Positions 26,299-40,352 of a DNA stretch of 64,000 nucleotides are shown piece after piece. A program made the position numbers and the translations under genes. The stretch comes from Eledone cirrhosa. Taxonomy: Eukaryota. How positions within the stretch are numbered: position 1 is the first letter of the stretch; the number at the start of each line of letters is the position of its first letter. Below the pieces are notes generated by a model that saw only the letters and a program-made list of their open reading frames with translations, did not search any database and had not been told where the DNA came from. The stretch spans positions 5,642,001 to 5,706,000 of the forward strand of contig OZ024747.1 in the NCBI GenBank assembly GCA_964016885.1, given 5' to 3'.

Positions 26299-26893
26299 GG
26301 CGGTGGATTGGCAGTCTTGGTAGAGGGTCAGACGCCATGTTAGGGCGGTGGATTGGCAGTCTCGGTAGAGGGTCGGACGCCATGTTAGGGCGGTGGATTG
26401 GCAGTCTCGGTAGAGGGTCGGACGCCATGTTAGGGCGGTGGATTGGCAGTCTCGGTAGAGGGTCAGACGCCATGTTAGGGCGGTGGATTGGCAGTCTCGG
26501 TAGAGGGTCAGACGCCATGTTAGGGCGGTGGATTGGCAGTCTCGGTAGAGGGTCGGACGCCATGTTAGGGCGGTGGATTGGCAGTCTCGGTAGAGGGTCG
26601 GACGCCATGTTAGGGCGGTGGATTGGCAGTCTCGGTAGAGGGTCGGACGCCATGTTAGGGCGGTGGATTGGCAGTCTCGGTAGAGGGTCGGACGCCATGT
26701 TAGGGCGGTGGATTGGCAGTCTCGGTAGAGGGTCAGACGCCATGCTTTGCAGCATAGTTACGCTCCTTTATGGTGTGAGTTCAAATCCCGCCGAGGTTCA
26801 CTTTGCCTTTCATCCTTACGGGGTCGATAAAATAAAGTACCAGTAATACAATGGGATAATTGCTGGCCTTTTGCCAAAAGTAGAAACAATTAT
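26299..26893 (+). mobile_element. SINE whose 45-bp head is tandemly amplified 10 times
   Basis: Unit ggcggtggattggcagtctcggtagagggtcggacgccatgttag repeated 10 times, then a normal SINE body. Confidence 0.92.
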
Positions 26894-27125
26894 TAGACTC
26901 CCCCCTCGTTTCCTCTTATGGATAGGGCAATGATAGGGGGCAGAGTTTGAAATCAGAACCTGAAGAACCGGGGTAGATACTACCCTCTGATAATTGTTTC
27001 TGATTTAGGCACAAGACCAACATTTTTTGGGTGGAAGAGAAAATCGATTAAATCGACCCCAATGCATAACTGGTACTTTATTTTATCGACCCTGTGAGGA
27101 GGAAAGGCAAATCTAACCTCTACAC

Positions 27126-27389
27126 CAGGGTTGGATTTAGACCTTGAGGGGTCCGGGGAACTTCAGGTTTGGGGAGGCACCTCATACACAAAAAATTAGT
27201 ATACACTGTAAAATTGGAATTGAAAAGTTATATATACAGGTATTAAATTCAAAAATTCTAACCATCCTAAAACTAAAAAGCCCAGCTGAGGGTACAAATA
27301 AATTGCTACGGCCGTCGCTGGTGCCCCCACCCCCCACTGCAGGGAGCCCGGGGAATAGCGCCCCGTTTGCCCCATTAAAACCGGCCCTA
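27126..27389. mobile_element. hAT-like MITE inserted in an old minus-strand SINE (26990-27440); related copy at about 22075-22260
   Basis: Imperfect TIRs cagggttggattta/taaaaccggcccta; degenerate 8-bp TSD ctctacac/ctcgacgc. Confidence 0.7.
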
Positions 27390-27923
27390 CTCGACGCTGC
27401 TGTTTGAACTCAGAATGCAAAGAACCGGGGCAGTTATTACGCTCTTATATCATTAGCCCACTACCCTGAACTGGTATTTGATTTATCAGTCCCGAAAGAA
27501 TGAAAAGCGAAGTCGACCCCAGAACCAAGTGAGCTGGGATTTATATCTCAGGACATCTGACGTTTTTATGTTCTTGCTATTTCACCGTCTAATTTCAAGT
27601 TTATTATAAAACTACACAGTATTAATACCAATTGTAATGTAAAACCTCTTAACTCTCCTACAACTAATGCACAACAAAGTCGAAAACCTGATCACTATCT
27701 AGTTAATTTAATTGTTGGTGGTGGTGGTGGCTTTGTTATTGCTGCGGTTGTTGTTGTTGCTGCGGTTGTTGTTGCTGTTTTGCCTCTGATGCAGTAGTAG
27801 TTGTTGTTTTTGTGGCTTCTGTTGTTGTTGGTAGTGGAGTTGTTGTTGATATTGTTGCTGATGTTGTTGTTATTGCTGCTGCTGCTGCTTTTGTTGCTGT
27901 TTTTGTGATGCAGTTTTTGTGGC

Positions 27924-27954
<31 letters not shown>

Positions 27955-28713
27955 AGTGGAGTTGTTGTTGCTGTTGTAGTTGTAGTCGTTCTTTAGCCTA
28001 TATTCCAAGCTGTCCCTGCAACTGTGACGCTGTGACTACAACCATACCATCGTTATAGAGATTACAAATTGTGCCATCCATCTATATCATATGAATATCG
28101 AGGGCAAGATTGTCTGAAGTGTCTTTCCTTTTCAAATACGGTAGGCTATGATTTGAGAGAGATATAGTTACTATTTTTAGCATGTCAAGTGCCAGCGTGG
28201 AGACTCACTCGCTGGTGTACGTACGGCTTCAAATAAATCTTTTCCTTGATATTGTTAGCTCACAACACTAGATTAATAACTGCCAGGTGTGTGTACATGT
28301 GTGTATGAGTGTATGTGTGTGTGTGTGTAGCTGCATGTGTACCTGTGTGTGTGAGTGTATGTGTGTGTGTGTGTGTGTATATGTATGTGTGTGTATATAT
28401 GTGCACTGAACATGCCAGGAAAATGTTATCTAGTACGAAATATAATTATATGTGAATAAAGTTGAATTTAATCTAAAGATCTTTCCCCCTGATGATAATT
28501 TACCTGTTTCTCTGTCACTTCTCATCTGGCTCTCCACCTTGCATATTCTCATTTATTTATCTGTGACTTCCCCTCTCTCTCTTTCTCTCTCCCTCTCTCC
28601 TTTAAATTATATATATAACATACACTTGGAAAGCACTCTGAGACAGGTTTTGTCCCTTAAAAGTTCACTCCATACTTCATTGTGTGAGTAATGTGTGCAA
28701 GCGAGATTATAGT

Positions 28714-28748
28714 TGATACTATAACCTCGTCTGTATGTATGTATGTAT

Positions 28749-28790
<42 letters not shown>

Positions 28791-28929
28791 ATACTATAAC
28801 TCTATAACCTCGTCTGTATGTATGTATGTATGTATGTGTATATATATATATATATATATATTGATACTATAACTCTATAACCTCGTCTGTATGTATGTAT
28901 GTATGTATGTATGTATGTATGTATGTATG

Positions 28930-28967
<38 letters not shown>

Positions 28968-29004
28968 CTCCATAACCTCGTCTATATGTATGTATGTATG
29001 TATG

Positions 29005-29042
<38 letters not shown>

Positions 29043-29070
29043 CTCCATAACCTCGTCTATATGTATGTAT

Positions 29071-29106
<36 letters not shown>

Positions 29107-29177
29107 TGATACTATAACTCTATAACCTCTATGTATGTATGTATGTATATATATTGATACTATAACTCCATAACCTC

Positions 29178-29185
<8 letters not shown>
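28714..29185. repeat. Compound minisatellite gatactataac..ataacctcgtc(tatg)n(ta)n
   Basis: About 7 units with variable microsatellite lengths. Confidence 0.9.
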
Positions 29186-29234
<49 letters not shown>

Positions 29235-29394
29235 GATGGGTTCAGTTTGAAACAGGTTAGACCATTACTCAACATAGTACTCTATACTTGAGGTAGTAGA
29301 GTATGATTATATTATAAAGAGTCGGCACCAGACGGTTGAGCTGTTGCGATTTCAACACCTAGTTCTAGTCTGGAACTAGCTGTTGAAATGGCAG

Positions 29395-29537
29395 AAGTTA
29401 GCTTTGTATTTCATCCTTACGGGGTCAATAAAATAAAGTACCAGTCACGCACTGGGGTCGATTTAATCGACTTTCCATTCCCCAAAAATTGCTGGTATTG
29501 TACCTATATAAGAAACCATTATTAATATTATTATTAT

Positions 29538-29570
<33 letters not shown>

Positions 29571-29762
29571 GGCGGTGGATTGGCAGAATGGGTAGAGCAT
29601 TGGACAACATGCGTTGCAGCATAGTTATGGCCCTTTACGTTCTGAGTTCAAATCCCGCCGAGGTTAACTTTGCCTTTCATCCTTACGGAGTCGATAAAAT
29701 AAAGTACCAGTAATGCACTGGTGTATTTGCTGGCCTTGTGCCAAAGGTAGAAACAATTATTA
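29395..29762 (+). mobile_element. Two tandem SINEs (partial old copy plus full copy 29570-29762)
   Basis: Consensus matches separated by (TTA)/(TAG) repeats. Confidence 0.88.
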
Positions 29763-30121
29763 TTAGTAGTTGTAGGGGAGCCATACGGACTGGGAAAGGG
29801 AACCTCGGTATCATTGTGTTGGGGACGTGGGGCCTCGTAGACAACACAATACAAAAAAACATAAAAACCCTTAGGCTTTAAATTGATTAAATCATCCTGT
29901 CAGACACAATATGTGGTTCTTATTAGGGGGTGGGGTGGCGGTTTGTAAGGTGGAGAGGGGGGGGGGCTTTATTTTATTTCCAGAAGTGGAAATAAATAAA
30001 ATATAACAAGGGCCACAATAACAACAACAACAAAAGTAAGGAAGATAAACACGAAAAGAATAACACGAGAAAACAATAAATGGAATAATTACAGTCTCAG
30101 AAAATGTCACATACACACATG

Positions 30122-30181
<60 letters not shown>

Positions 30182-30304
30182 TATGTATGTGTGTATGACT
30201 GCAAGTGTAGATATATATGTGTACGTATGTATGTATATGTACATGTGTATATACATATTTACACACTGTGTATATGTATGGGTGCATGTATATGTATATG
30301 TGCG

Positions 30305-30650
30305 GGGACATAGAAATAGTTGGGCTGGACACCCGATCGCGCGGTTAAACCACTGGGAGTGAAGGACCCCTAGCCTTTGTCAGGGCATTCTTCTAGGAGA
30401 AGGCAGCTCAGGAAACTGTTAACTCTGACATAAAACCTGCGGCTCAGTAGTTACTGATGATGTTGAGCTTTTCTTCTTTTCGGGTTATAGCTACTGTCGC
30501 TCAGAGAGTGGGATTGGCTCAGTGTACAGTCTTTCTTCACTGTAAACAAAATCTTCACGCACAGGCATTGCACGATAGAATTAATTAATAATTATTAATA
30601 ATGGTATATCGTGCAATGGCCATACTCGATAACGAGGGGGCAGCCATCAT
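30305..30650 (+). mobile_element. Dispersed repeat, probably non-LTR-derived; copies at 62740-63011(+), 34700-34880(-), 34948-35160(-)
   Basis: High identity between 30381-30650 and 62741-63010. Confidence 0.75.
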
Positions 30651-31059
30651 GTATGTATATACGTATGTATGCATGTATGTATGTGTGTATAGTGTGCAAG
30701 GTCAAAAACAGTAAAAACACACACAGAGAACAGAGTACGATGTATATTAATAGTTTAACGCTTGAAAACAGGAGTAAGAGATTGTGTTCAATGCTTCAGG
30801 TATGAGTCCTTCATTAAAAAGGGAAAGATGAAAAAGGGAACAGGAGAGAAAGAGCAGTAATAAGGAAAATGATCAAAGATGGTAAAAGGAAAATAGATCA
30901 AACAGGAACACTCATCGTTGAAATCGTCGGAGACCCATCATCTCATATACTGTAAACGTGGTTGGTTTTAGCAAGGGCATCCAACTGTAACAATCCCAGC
31001 CAAATTGCAATTCCATCTGAGCAAAGTGTGTGTCTATGTGTATACTGTGTATATATATA

Positions 31060-31106
<47 letters not shown>

Positions 31107-31183
31107 ATATATATTTATATATATATATTTATTTATTTATGAGGGAGAGATTTGTATGGGTGAGGTAAACTTTATAAGAGGTT

Positions 31184-31261
<78 letters not shown>

Positions 31262-31410
31262 CCTGCTTATCCCCCTTTCATCCACTCTTGAAACACACAA
31301 ACACCTCACTTCCTGACCGTTTTCGGAAATATTTATGAGATAGGGTCGATGGAAATGGGAGAGATTATTAAAACCCTTACACTACGTAATACACACACAC
31401 ACACACTAAG

Positions 31411-31442
<32 letters not shown>

Positions 31443-31749
31443 GTATATACATATATACAAACACACGCATATATATGTATATATATGTGCACACATACAC
31501 ATAGATGTGCCTATATACATTTTATATATCTTTATTAGCCTGATTATTTCTTTGCCAATGTGTATATAGTGTGCATATTTGTGTATATATCGTGTATATA
31601 TCGTTTATATATCGTGTATATATCGTGTATATATTGTTTTATGGTTTCTCAGCAGGTGTTATAGTAAGTGAACTGACGTTCTTGTATGTGAACACGTGTG
31701 TGTATATATACTGATGTATATATATTGTATGTGAACACATATATATATA

Positions 31750-31807
<58 letters not shown>

Positions 31808-31852
31808 TAAACAAATAATGAATAAACAATTCCTTATATTAAACAAAAAAAG

Positions 31853-32006
31853 TTCATTATTTAACGATCGTTTCTAGGATATATATGTGTTAGAGTTGGC
31901 ATGCATATTCAACAGATCTATGTACAAAATTATACAAAATTATACAAACTATCAAGATTAAATATACATACCAACACATATATACGCCGTCTTCAGAAAT
32001 AATGAA
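31853..32006 (-). ncRNA. Type I hammerhead ribozyme with an extended stem II domain of about 115 nt
   Basis: ttcattattt-CTGAAGA-cggcgtatatatgtgttgg..acacatatatatccta-GAAA-CGATCG-TT-aaataatgaa. Perfect 10-bp stem I, AACGATCGTT palindrome, C-A mismatch at the first stem II pair. Confidence 0.8.
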
Positions 32007-32496
32007 ATATATTTATTGATAATAACAACAATTCAAACTTCCAGGTCCGTTTGGGAACAAAATTGACCAATGAAAATACAAAAGGTTTAATGCCGTTCGG
32101 TGTGTGTATATACATGTAATAACCCTTACACATATTTTACAAAAATGTATGCACAACCTGTATACTCATACAAAAAGGATGGATGCAAATACAAAATTTC
32201 AAGGTTAATGTCTCTGTAAGTTTATAATGCACAGATAAGATGCGTATAGATACATAAATATGAAATAAATGTATACACATATTTTCATACTAACACATAT
32301 CCGTACAATCACACATACACGCGCGTATATGCATAAACATACACATAAACTACAAACATACAAACACACACACACCACCACTCACATATATATATGTGGA
32401 TATAAAATCCTAAGCACATGGATATTAATTCACTCGCATAAACACTGGCACACACATTTAGATAAAGATACAGAAATTATATATATATATATACAG

Positions 32497-32835
32497 TATG
32501 TGAACACGTGTATGTATATATACTGATGTATATATATTATATGTGAACACACATATATATACTGATATATATATATACTGTATGTGAACGCATGTATATA
32601 TACTGATATATATATTGTATGTGAACACACATGTATATATATAATGACATATATATTATATGTGAACGCATGTATATATATAATGACATATATATTGTAT
32701 GTGAACGCATGTATATATATAATGACATATATATTGTATGTGAACGCATGTATATATATAATGACATATATATTGTATGTGAACGCATGTATATATATAA
32801 TGACATATATATTGTATGTGAACGCATGTATATAT
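32497..32835. repeat. 39-bp minisatellite tatgtgaacgcatgtatatatataatgacatatatattg
   Basis: Direct inspection; related units at 31685-31755. Confidence 0.9.
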
Positions 32836-35180
32836 ATATATATATATTAATATATGTATTGTAGGTTTTTCTTTTACTCTTTTACTCGTTCCACACATAA
32901 GACTGAGGCCAGACTGGGGCACCACCTTGAGGAATTTGTTGTCGAGCCAATCGCGCCTAGTACCATTTTCCCTTTATGGGTTTATTTTTCATCAAATCTG
33001 GTATTTATTTTATCGGCTTCTGTTTGCCAAGCCTCTAGGTTACGGGATATATAAAAAGAGTAAACGTAAACGCGCGCACGCACGCACGCACGCACATATA
33101 TAACGAAGGAAGTGTGGCAAGGAACCAGGTGGACCATAACGCACCAAAGTACTCAATACTTAGGGTAGTAGAGTGGGTAATAGGAAAAGAATCAGAACCC
33201 CTTGGGTCCTGACTTTTTTCCTATATATATACATACATACATATGTCTATACTATATACACCCGGCCGTAGTTTAGTTTATATATATAATCACCACCGTT
33301 ACCAAAAGTAAATAAAAACCTAATTTCAGAAATTTATGTGCAAGTAAACAAAGAATATAAACACACACACACACATACATACATAAACACATACATACAT
33401 ACATACATACATACATACATACATACATACATACATACATACATACATACATACATACATACATACATACATACAGACATACACATTACATTAAGTCGTT
33501 GGTTAGATGTCAAGTTGGTTTAATTTTTGAACGTGGATGAGAAAATTATATCATCTAAAACTCTCGGGGATTATTAAACAAGGCAGATTAATTTTCACTG
33601 GCTTCAGTATACGACACCACAGTTTTGGTGCAAACATCACAGCTACGGTGACGTATTGTGACTTCTCAAATGACAATACGTTTTGTAAAGCTGGCAATGA
33701 CACTGATCAGCAATGACTCTGCAGTTGGCAGTAACACAAGATACTCCGAAATATATACACAAACGTGGTTCTTTATGTTCAGGGTTGTTTTTATTTTGTT
33801 TGTTCGTAGATTTTTTTTTTTTTTTTGTATTTTACATTTTTGTTTCCGAAATTTAATTGGCAAAAGTAATGTTATATATTTTATATGAATGAAATTTCAC
33901 AAGTAGCTTCGTCATGTTAATCTATCTATCTGACTATCTAGTGTCCTATCTAGCAATTTATCTATGAGGAGGAGAGGAAGGGAGTACAAACTCTTCGTAC
34001 TCCTGGATATGAGGGTTGCACATTTTTTTTTCGGGAGTATGTGTTACCCATATGTAATGTCTCCCCCTATTGGGGAAAATCGATTAATTTTTAAATTGCA
34101 TTTGTGATAATATTTTACACGTTTTTATTGTATGTAAACTCCCCATTTGTATTTGTCCCCTTCTTTTGTGCCCCTGTGGCTAATAAAGAAACATATCTAT
34201 ATAATTACTTATTTATATGTATCTCTAACAATCGAGAAATTATATATATATATATATGTATATGTATGTATGTATGTATTTATATGTATGTATGTATTTA
34301 TATGTATCTGTGTGTATATATATATACACACACACACATGTATATATATACGCATGTGTGTGTTTTTCTCTGTTGTGTGTGTGCGCACATACCTATATAT
34401 GTTTGTACACACATACATACATACATACATACATACATACATACATGGTGGCTGCCAACTCGTTTTCGAGTACGGCCACTACTTTATATCCATGTAGGAG
34501 AACCTCTACTGATGCGCTGAACGAGTGTGACTTTTTAGTCCAGCCAGCGACTTGAAAACTCTGGTACAAACACTACACTTGTGACAATTATTGACACATA
34601 GTGCTGGGCCCATGGTACCATGTGACGACAAGTGCAGAGAGATCTCCAGATATAAAGCAATGCCTGTGCCGTGAAGCTTTTATAGTGAGCAAAGGCACTG
34701 CACAAAGCCAGTCCCACTCTCTTAACCAAGATGATATTTACCAAAAAGAAGAACAAGTCAACATCATTGGATACCATCAGGGTTGCAGGTGTTATATCAG
34801 AGTTTTCCTTCTCCTAGAATTCTGCCTTGACAAAGGTTAAGGGGTCATCTCTCCCGGTGATTTTGGATGGCCATTGACTCTTAAGAGCTCCTTTGCCCAT
34901 ACATACATACATACATACATACATACATACATACATACATGTACAAGATGATGATGGCTGCAACGCGATGTCAACTAATGCCATCGCTTGATACTAAAGC
35001 ATGAGCATCACAGACGTGGATTTTTCGTCCTGCTAGGGACTTGCCTATGGCCAGCAATACCATGTATCACCAAAAATGTCACATATCAAGCGATGTCGGT
35101 GTTGGAAGCCTTTTTAAGTGAGGAAAGGCTCTCCACGGGGCCAATCCCACTCTGAACATCGTATACATTTACACATGTTT

Positions 35181-35367
35181 AATAATTGTTTCTACTTTAG
35201 GCACAAGGCCAGCAATTACCCAGTGCATTACTGGTACTTTATTTTATCGACCCCGTAAGGATGAAAGGCAAAGTCAACCTTGGCGGGATTTGAAATCAGA
35301 CCGTAAAGGGACGTAACTCTTCTGGAAAGCATGGCGTCCGACCCTCTACCGATACTGCCAATCCACC
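35181..35367 (-). mobile_element. SINE, main family
   Basis: Consensus match. Confidence 0.9.
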
Positions 35368-35449
35368 AAAAATATATTGACTGAAAATGTTAAGTAAAAT
35401 AAATTATATATATACACACACACAGACACAGACACACACATGCATATAT

Positions 35450-35491
<42 letters not shown>

Positions 35492-35627
35492 ATGCATATA
35501 TACACTTACGTTTACGCATGTAATATGTATATATATATTTATAAATATGTGTGTGTGTAAGTGTATGCGTGTGCTTATGCTTGTAAAATGTATATACATG
35601 TATATGTGCGCGTCTGTGTGCTTATGC

Positions 35628-35666
<39 letters not shown>

Positions 35667-35837
35667 AAGAGTGTGTATGTAAGTATGTATGTGTATGTGT
35701 GTAGGTGACTTTAAACACCAATACAACTAACCTAGATTGTGTACAGTTTTGTAGTGTTTTCATATACAATGTATTCATTGTGTTCAATACCTAGGTAGAT
35801 AGGTGAGTGTTTGTATGTGTGTGTGTGTCTGTGTGCC

Positions 35838-35873
<36 letters not shown>

Positions 35874-36043
35874 AGTGTGTGTGTGTGTGTGAATGAGTCT
35901 GTCTATATATATGTGTGTGTGTGTGTGTGTGTGAATGAGTCTGTGTGTGTGTGTGTGTGTGTGTATGAGTCTGTGTGTCTATATATATATGTGTGTGTGT
36001 GTGTGTGAATGAGTCTGTGTGTGTGTGTGAATGAGTCTGTGTG

Positions 36044-36103
<60 letters not shown>

Positions 36104-36113
36104 AGTCTGTGTG

Positions 36114-36157
<44 letters not shown>

Positions 36158-36158
36158 A

Positions 36159-36221
<63 letters not shown>

Positions 36222-36541
36222 CGAGAGAGGGGTTGGATTTCTTTAACAGTGACAATGTTTTGTGTACAAATAATATTTGTGGTGGTGGTGTTGGCGGTGG
36301 TTTCAGTAGTAGTGATGACGGGCGTGTTGTTGTTTAAGGTCTTGGCCCTTTTCAGTTGTTTAGATGTAAGATATCAATTAATATACACGAATCAGTGAAA
36401 CTAAAATAGAAACTCAAGTGTGCCCTTACAAAAGGTTGCTCCTCCCAGCCCTAAACAAACTGCTATATCAAGCGTTAAACTAATATATTTCTTCATTTTA
36501 CTGTGTTGTTTACTTTGACATTTCTGTTTGCTTCTTTCATA

Positions 36542-36621
36542 CAGGGTGTCCCAAAAAATGTATACACACTTCATCAGCATTCTAGTAAATATGTTTATGC
36601 ATTTTTTTTTTAGACACCTTG
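36542..36621. mobile_element. Tc1/mariner-type MITE
   Basis: TA-CAGGGTGTCCCAAAA..TTTTAGACACCTTG-TA. Confidence 0.7.
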
Positions 36622-37463
36622 TATTTATGCGTCTAAGTGTTGGGTGTGTGTGCTTGTGTGTGGCGGTGTTACAAAGAGAATAATCTAACCCAGTATATAA
36701 CAGGTATTATATTTATTGAGTCTGAAGTGAATAACTATAAAGTTTATCTCAACTCAGGGCAAAGAGAGACGGAACAATGTGTTCTGTGTGACGCTCATGA
36801 CTTTGTGAATCTACCGCCTAATTAATAACGACTTGGCAGATTGCGGGAGCAGGCACGCGTAGTTGGTGAATATTATGTGGCGGGGTTTCATGGTAAGGGG
36901 TGGAGTTAGAATGGAAGGGTGAGATAGGGGGCAGCAAAGGCTACAAGTTGATATATATAATATTACAATACATTACACAACATAAGACGTATTACGTAAA
37001 AGACAAAAGACAGCCACTGCATCAAAGATATCAGATGAAGCAGTAAAATAAGAGAGGAAATATTACAGCAAGGCTCCAATGTTGAACAGGATTCCTTTAG
37101 AATCAACACTCAACACCAAACCTTACCTACACCTGTCTTATTCCTCATATTCCTCTTACCTTTTCTTCTTTTTTTCTTCTATTTTCTTCTTTTTTTCTAA
37201 TACCACTACCACCACCAAGTACCACTACCGCCTCATCACTAACACCAACACCACCACCAACACCACCACCAAGTACCACTACTGCCTCATCACTAACACC
37301 AACACCACCACCAGTGTACCACTACCACCACCACCAACACCACCACAAACAACGCCGCTCTCCCAAGGGACTAGGTCTTATTTTCAGGGTCGAGCTAATA
37401 CTTTTATACAAAAAATAACAGCACAGCAGTCTTGACAAGACATTATACTGACGTGAAAATATA

Positions 37464-38082
37464 TAATTGTTTCTACTTTTGGCACAAGGCCAGCAATTAT
37501 TCATTGTATTACTGGTACTTTATTTTATCGACCCCCGTAAGGATGAAAGGCAAAGTTAACCTCGGCGGGATTTGAACTCAGTCCGTAAAGGGAATTAACT
37601 CTTTGCTGCAAAGCATGGCGTCCGACCCTCTACCGATACTGCCAATCCACCGTGAAAATATATAATTGTTTCTACTTTAGGCACAAGGCCAGCAATTATC
37701 CAGTGCATTACTGGTACTTTATTTTATCGACCCCGTAAGGATGAAAGGCAAAGTCAACCTCGGCGGGATTTGAACTCAGATCGTAAAGGGACATAACTAT
37801 GCTGGAAAGCATGGCGTCCGACCCTCTACCGATACTGCCAATCCACCGTGAAAATATATAATAACTTTATATTATAAATCACAAGACTCGGGCGGTGAAT
37901 TGGCAGTATCGGTAGAGGGTCGGACACCATGCTTTGCAGCAGAGAGTTACGGCCCTTGCCATTCTGAGTTCAAATTCCGCCGAGGTTAACTTTGCCTTTC
38001 ATCCTTACGGGGTCGATAAAATAAAGTACCAGTAATGTACTGGATAATTGCTGGCCTTGTTCCAATAGTAGAAACAATTATT
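37464..38082. mobile_element. Three SINEs: 37464-37651(-), 37663-37847(-), 37890-38082(+)
   Basis: Consensus matches; target sequence cgtgaaaatatataat present three times. Confidence 0.92.
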
Positions 38083-38374
38083 AATAACAAGACTCTGGAA
38101 ATCTGAGTGTTATATTATATTTTATATCCATTTTACATTAAATAAGCGAGGGCTTATTTTCGGTGTTGGGCTTACAGGGACTGTGGAAGTATTTCTAAAT
38201 TGGAAGTGGGTGGGTGAAATGTGGTCAATATAGTTGTAGTGATTAGTTTAACTCTTTGTACACTAAAATGGTCAGAAAACCTCGATATGTGATAAACATA
38301 ACATGTACATATATTGTAGAGGATATTCAGATAGATGTGTGTTGGTAGTTTGGGGAGAACATATCATTATTGGG

Positions 38375-38475
38375 TGTGTTTGTGTGTGTGATTGTGTGTG
38401 TGTCAGTGTGTGGATGTGTGATTGTGTGTCAGTGTGTGTGTGATTGTGTGATTGTGTGTAAGTGTGTGTGATTGT

Positions 38476-38515
<40 letters not shown>

Positions 38516-38843
38516 TTGTGTGTCTCTGTGTCTGTGTGTGTGTGATTGTGTGTCTCTGTGTATGTGTATGTGTGATTGTGTGATTGTGTGTCTGTGTCAG
38601 TGTGTGTGTGTGTGTGATTGTGTGTCTCTGTGTCTGTGTGTGTGTGATTGTGTGTCTCTGTGTATGTGTATGTGTGATTGTGTGATTGTGTGTCTGTGTC
38701 AGTGTGTGTGATTGTGTGTCTCTGTGTCTGTGTGTGTGATTGTGTGTGTGTCAGTGTGTGGATGTGTGATTGTGTGTCAGTGTATGTGTGATTGTGTGTG
38801 TGTGTGTATGTGTGATTGTGTGTAAGTGTGTGTGATTGTGTGT

Positions 38844-38885
<42 letters not shown>

Positions 38886-39091
38886 GATTGTGTGTGTGTG
38901 TGTGTGTGATTGTGTGTCTCTGTGTCTGTGTGTGTGTGATTGTGTGTCTCTGTGTATGTGTGATTGTGTGATTGTGTGTCTGTGTCAGTGTGTGTGATTG
39001 TGTGTGTCTGTGATTGTGTGTGATTGTGTGTCTCTGTGTATGTGTGATTGTGTGTTTGTGTGTGTAAGTGTGTGTGATTGTGTGTCTGTGT

Positions 39092-39122
<31 letters not shown>

Positions 39123-39455
39123 ATTGTGTGTCTCTGTGTCTGTGTGTGTGTGATTGTGTGTCTCTGTGTCTGTGTGATTGTGTGTCTCTGTGTATGTGTA
39201 TGTGTGATTGTGTGATTGTGTGTCTGTGTCAGTGTGTGTGATTGTGTGTCTCTGTGTCTGTGTGTGTGATTGTGTGTCTCTGTGTCTGTGTCTGTGTGAT
39301 TGTGTGTCTCTGTGTCTGTGTCTGTGTGATTGTGTGTCTCTGTGTCAGTGTGTGTGTGTGTGTGTGATTGTGTGTGTGTGTGATTGTGTGTCTCTGTGTC
39401 TGTGTGTGTGTGATTGTGTGTCTCTGTGTGTGTGTGATTGTGTGTCTGCGTGTGT
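38375..39455. repeat. (TG)n/gattgtgtgtctc compound repeat
   Basis: Direct inspection. Confidence 0.9.
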
Positions 39456-40062
39456 TTTCTCGTATTGCTCGACCTTAAACCAAAAAGTCAGTGTTATTTG
39501 GTATGGCTCTCACCCTTACACCATACAACCGGTGGGGGAGAGGTACACCACACCCTTTGACCCCACCCAAGCCCTCAGACGCCGATACCATCCTCTCCCT
39601 CACCTGAGGAGAGTATAAGGGGTTTATTTGCTGACAGATACCTGACAGATATATATGCATACCTTCATTGATAAGATGATAAGACTTGTAACTTTATATT
39701 CAACTGTTAAGGGATTTAGACACCCCCCTGCCCCCACCTGCCCCACCTCATAGGTACCCAGCCCACTCCACCCCACCACACCACCACAACAACTCCCATT
39801 ACAACACATCTATCGTCACCTAATCAAAAAGCTTCTTGCACACATACGCACATACATACGTACACACATACACACATACATACGTACACACATACATACG
39901 TACACACGTGCACACTAGCACATGTTCACATGGACATACACACATACAATCTAGCACATGCTCACATACACACATACACACTATCAAATGCACACATGGA
40001 CATACACATTTAGACATTTATGTTTGTGTATGTATGTACGTGTGCGTATGTATATATATATA

Positions 40063-40095
<33 letters not shown>

Positions 40096-40096
40096 G

Positions 40097-40145
<49 letters not shown>

Positions 40146-40311
40146 ATATATACATATGTGTGTGTGTGTATGTATGTATATATATATATATATATATATG
40201 TGTGTATATATATATATATATATGTGTGTGTGTATGTATATATATATGTGTGTGTGTGTATGTGTGTGTGTGTGTATATATATATATATGTGTGTGTGTA
40301 CGTATGTATGT

Positions 40312-40352
<41 letters not shown>

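Noticed and set aside
26267-26846. Repeat-protein ORFs (MASDPLPRLPIHRPN)n and (MLGRWIGSLGRGSDA)n; the recurring peptide PAEVDFAFHPYGVDKIKYQ
   Set aside because: Translations of a 45-bp SINE-head array and of the SINE body.
30700-30910. Possible hammerhead on the minus strand (taatgaaggactcatacctgaagc) in a repeat shared with 8940-9005 and 36468-36540
   Set aside because: Both core segments are degenerate; cannot be supported as a ribozyme.
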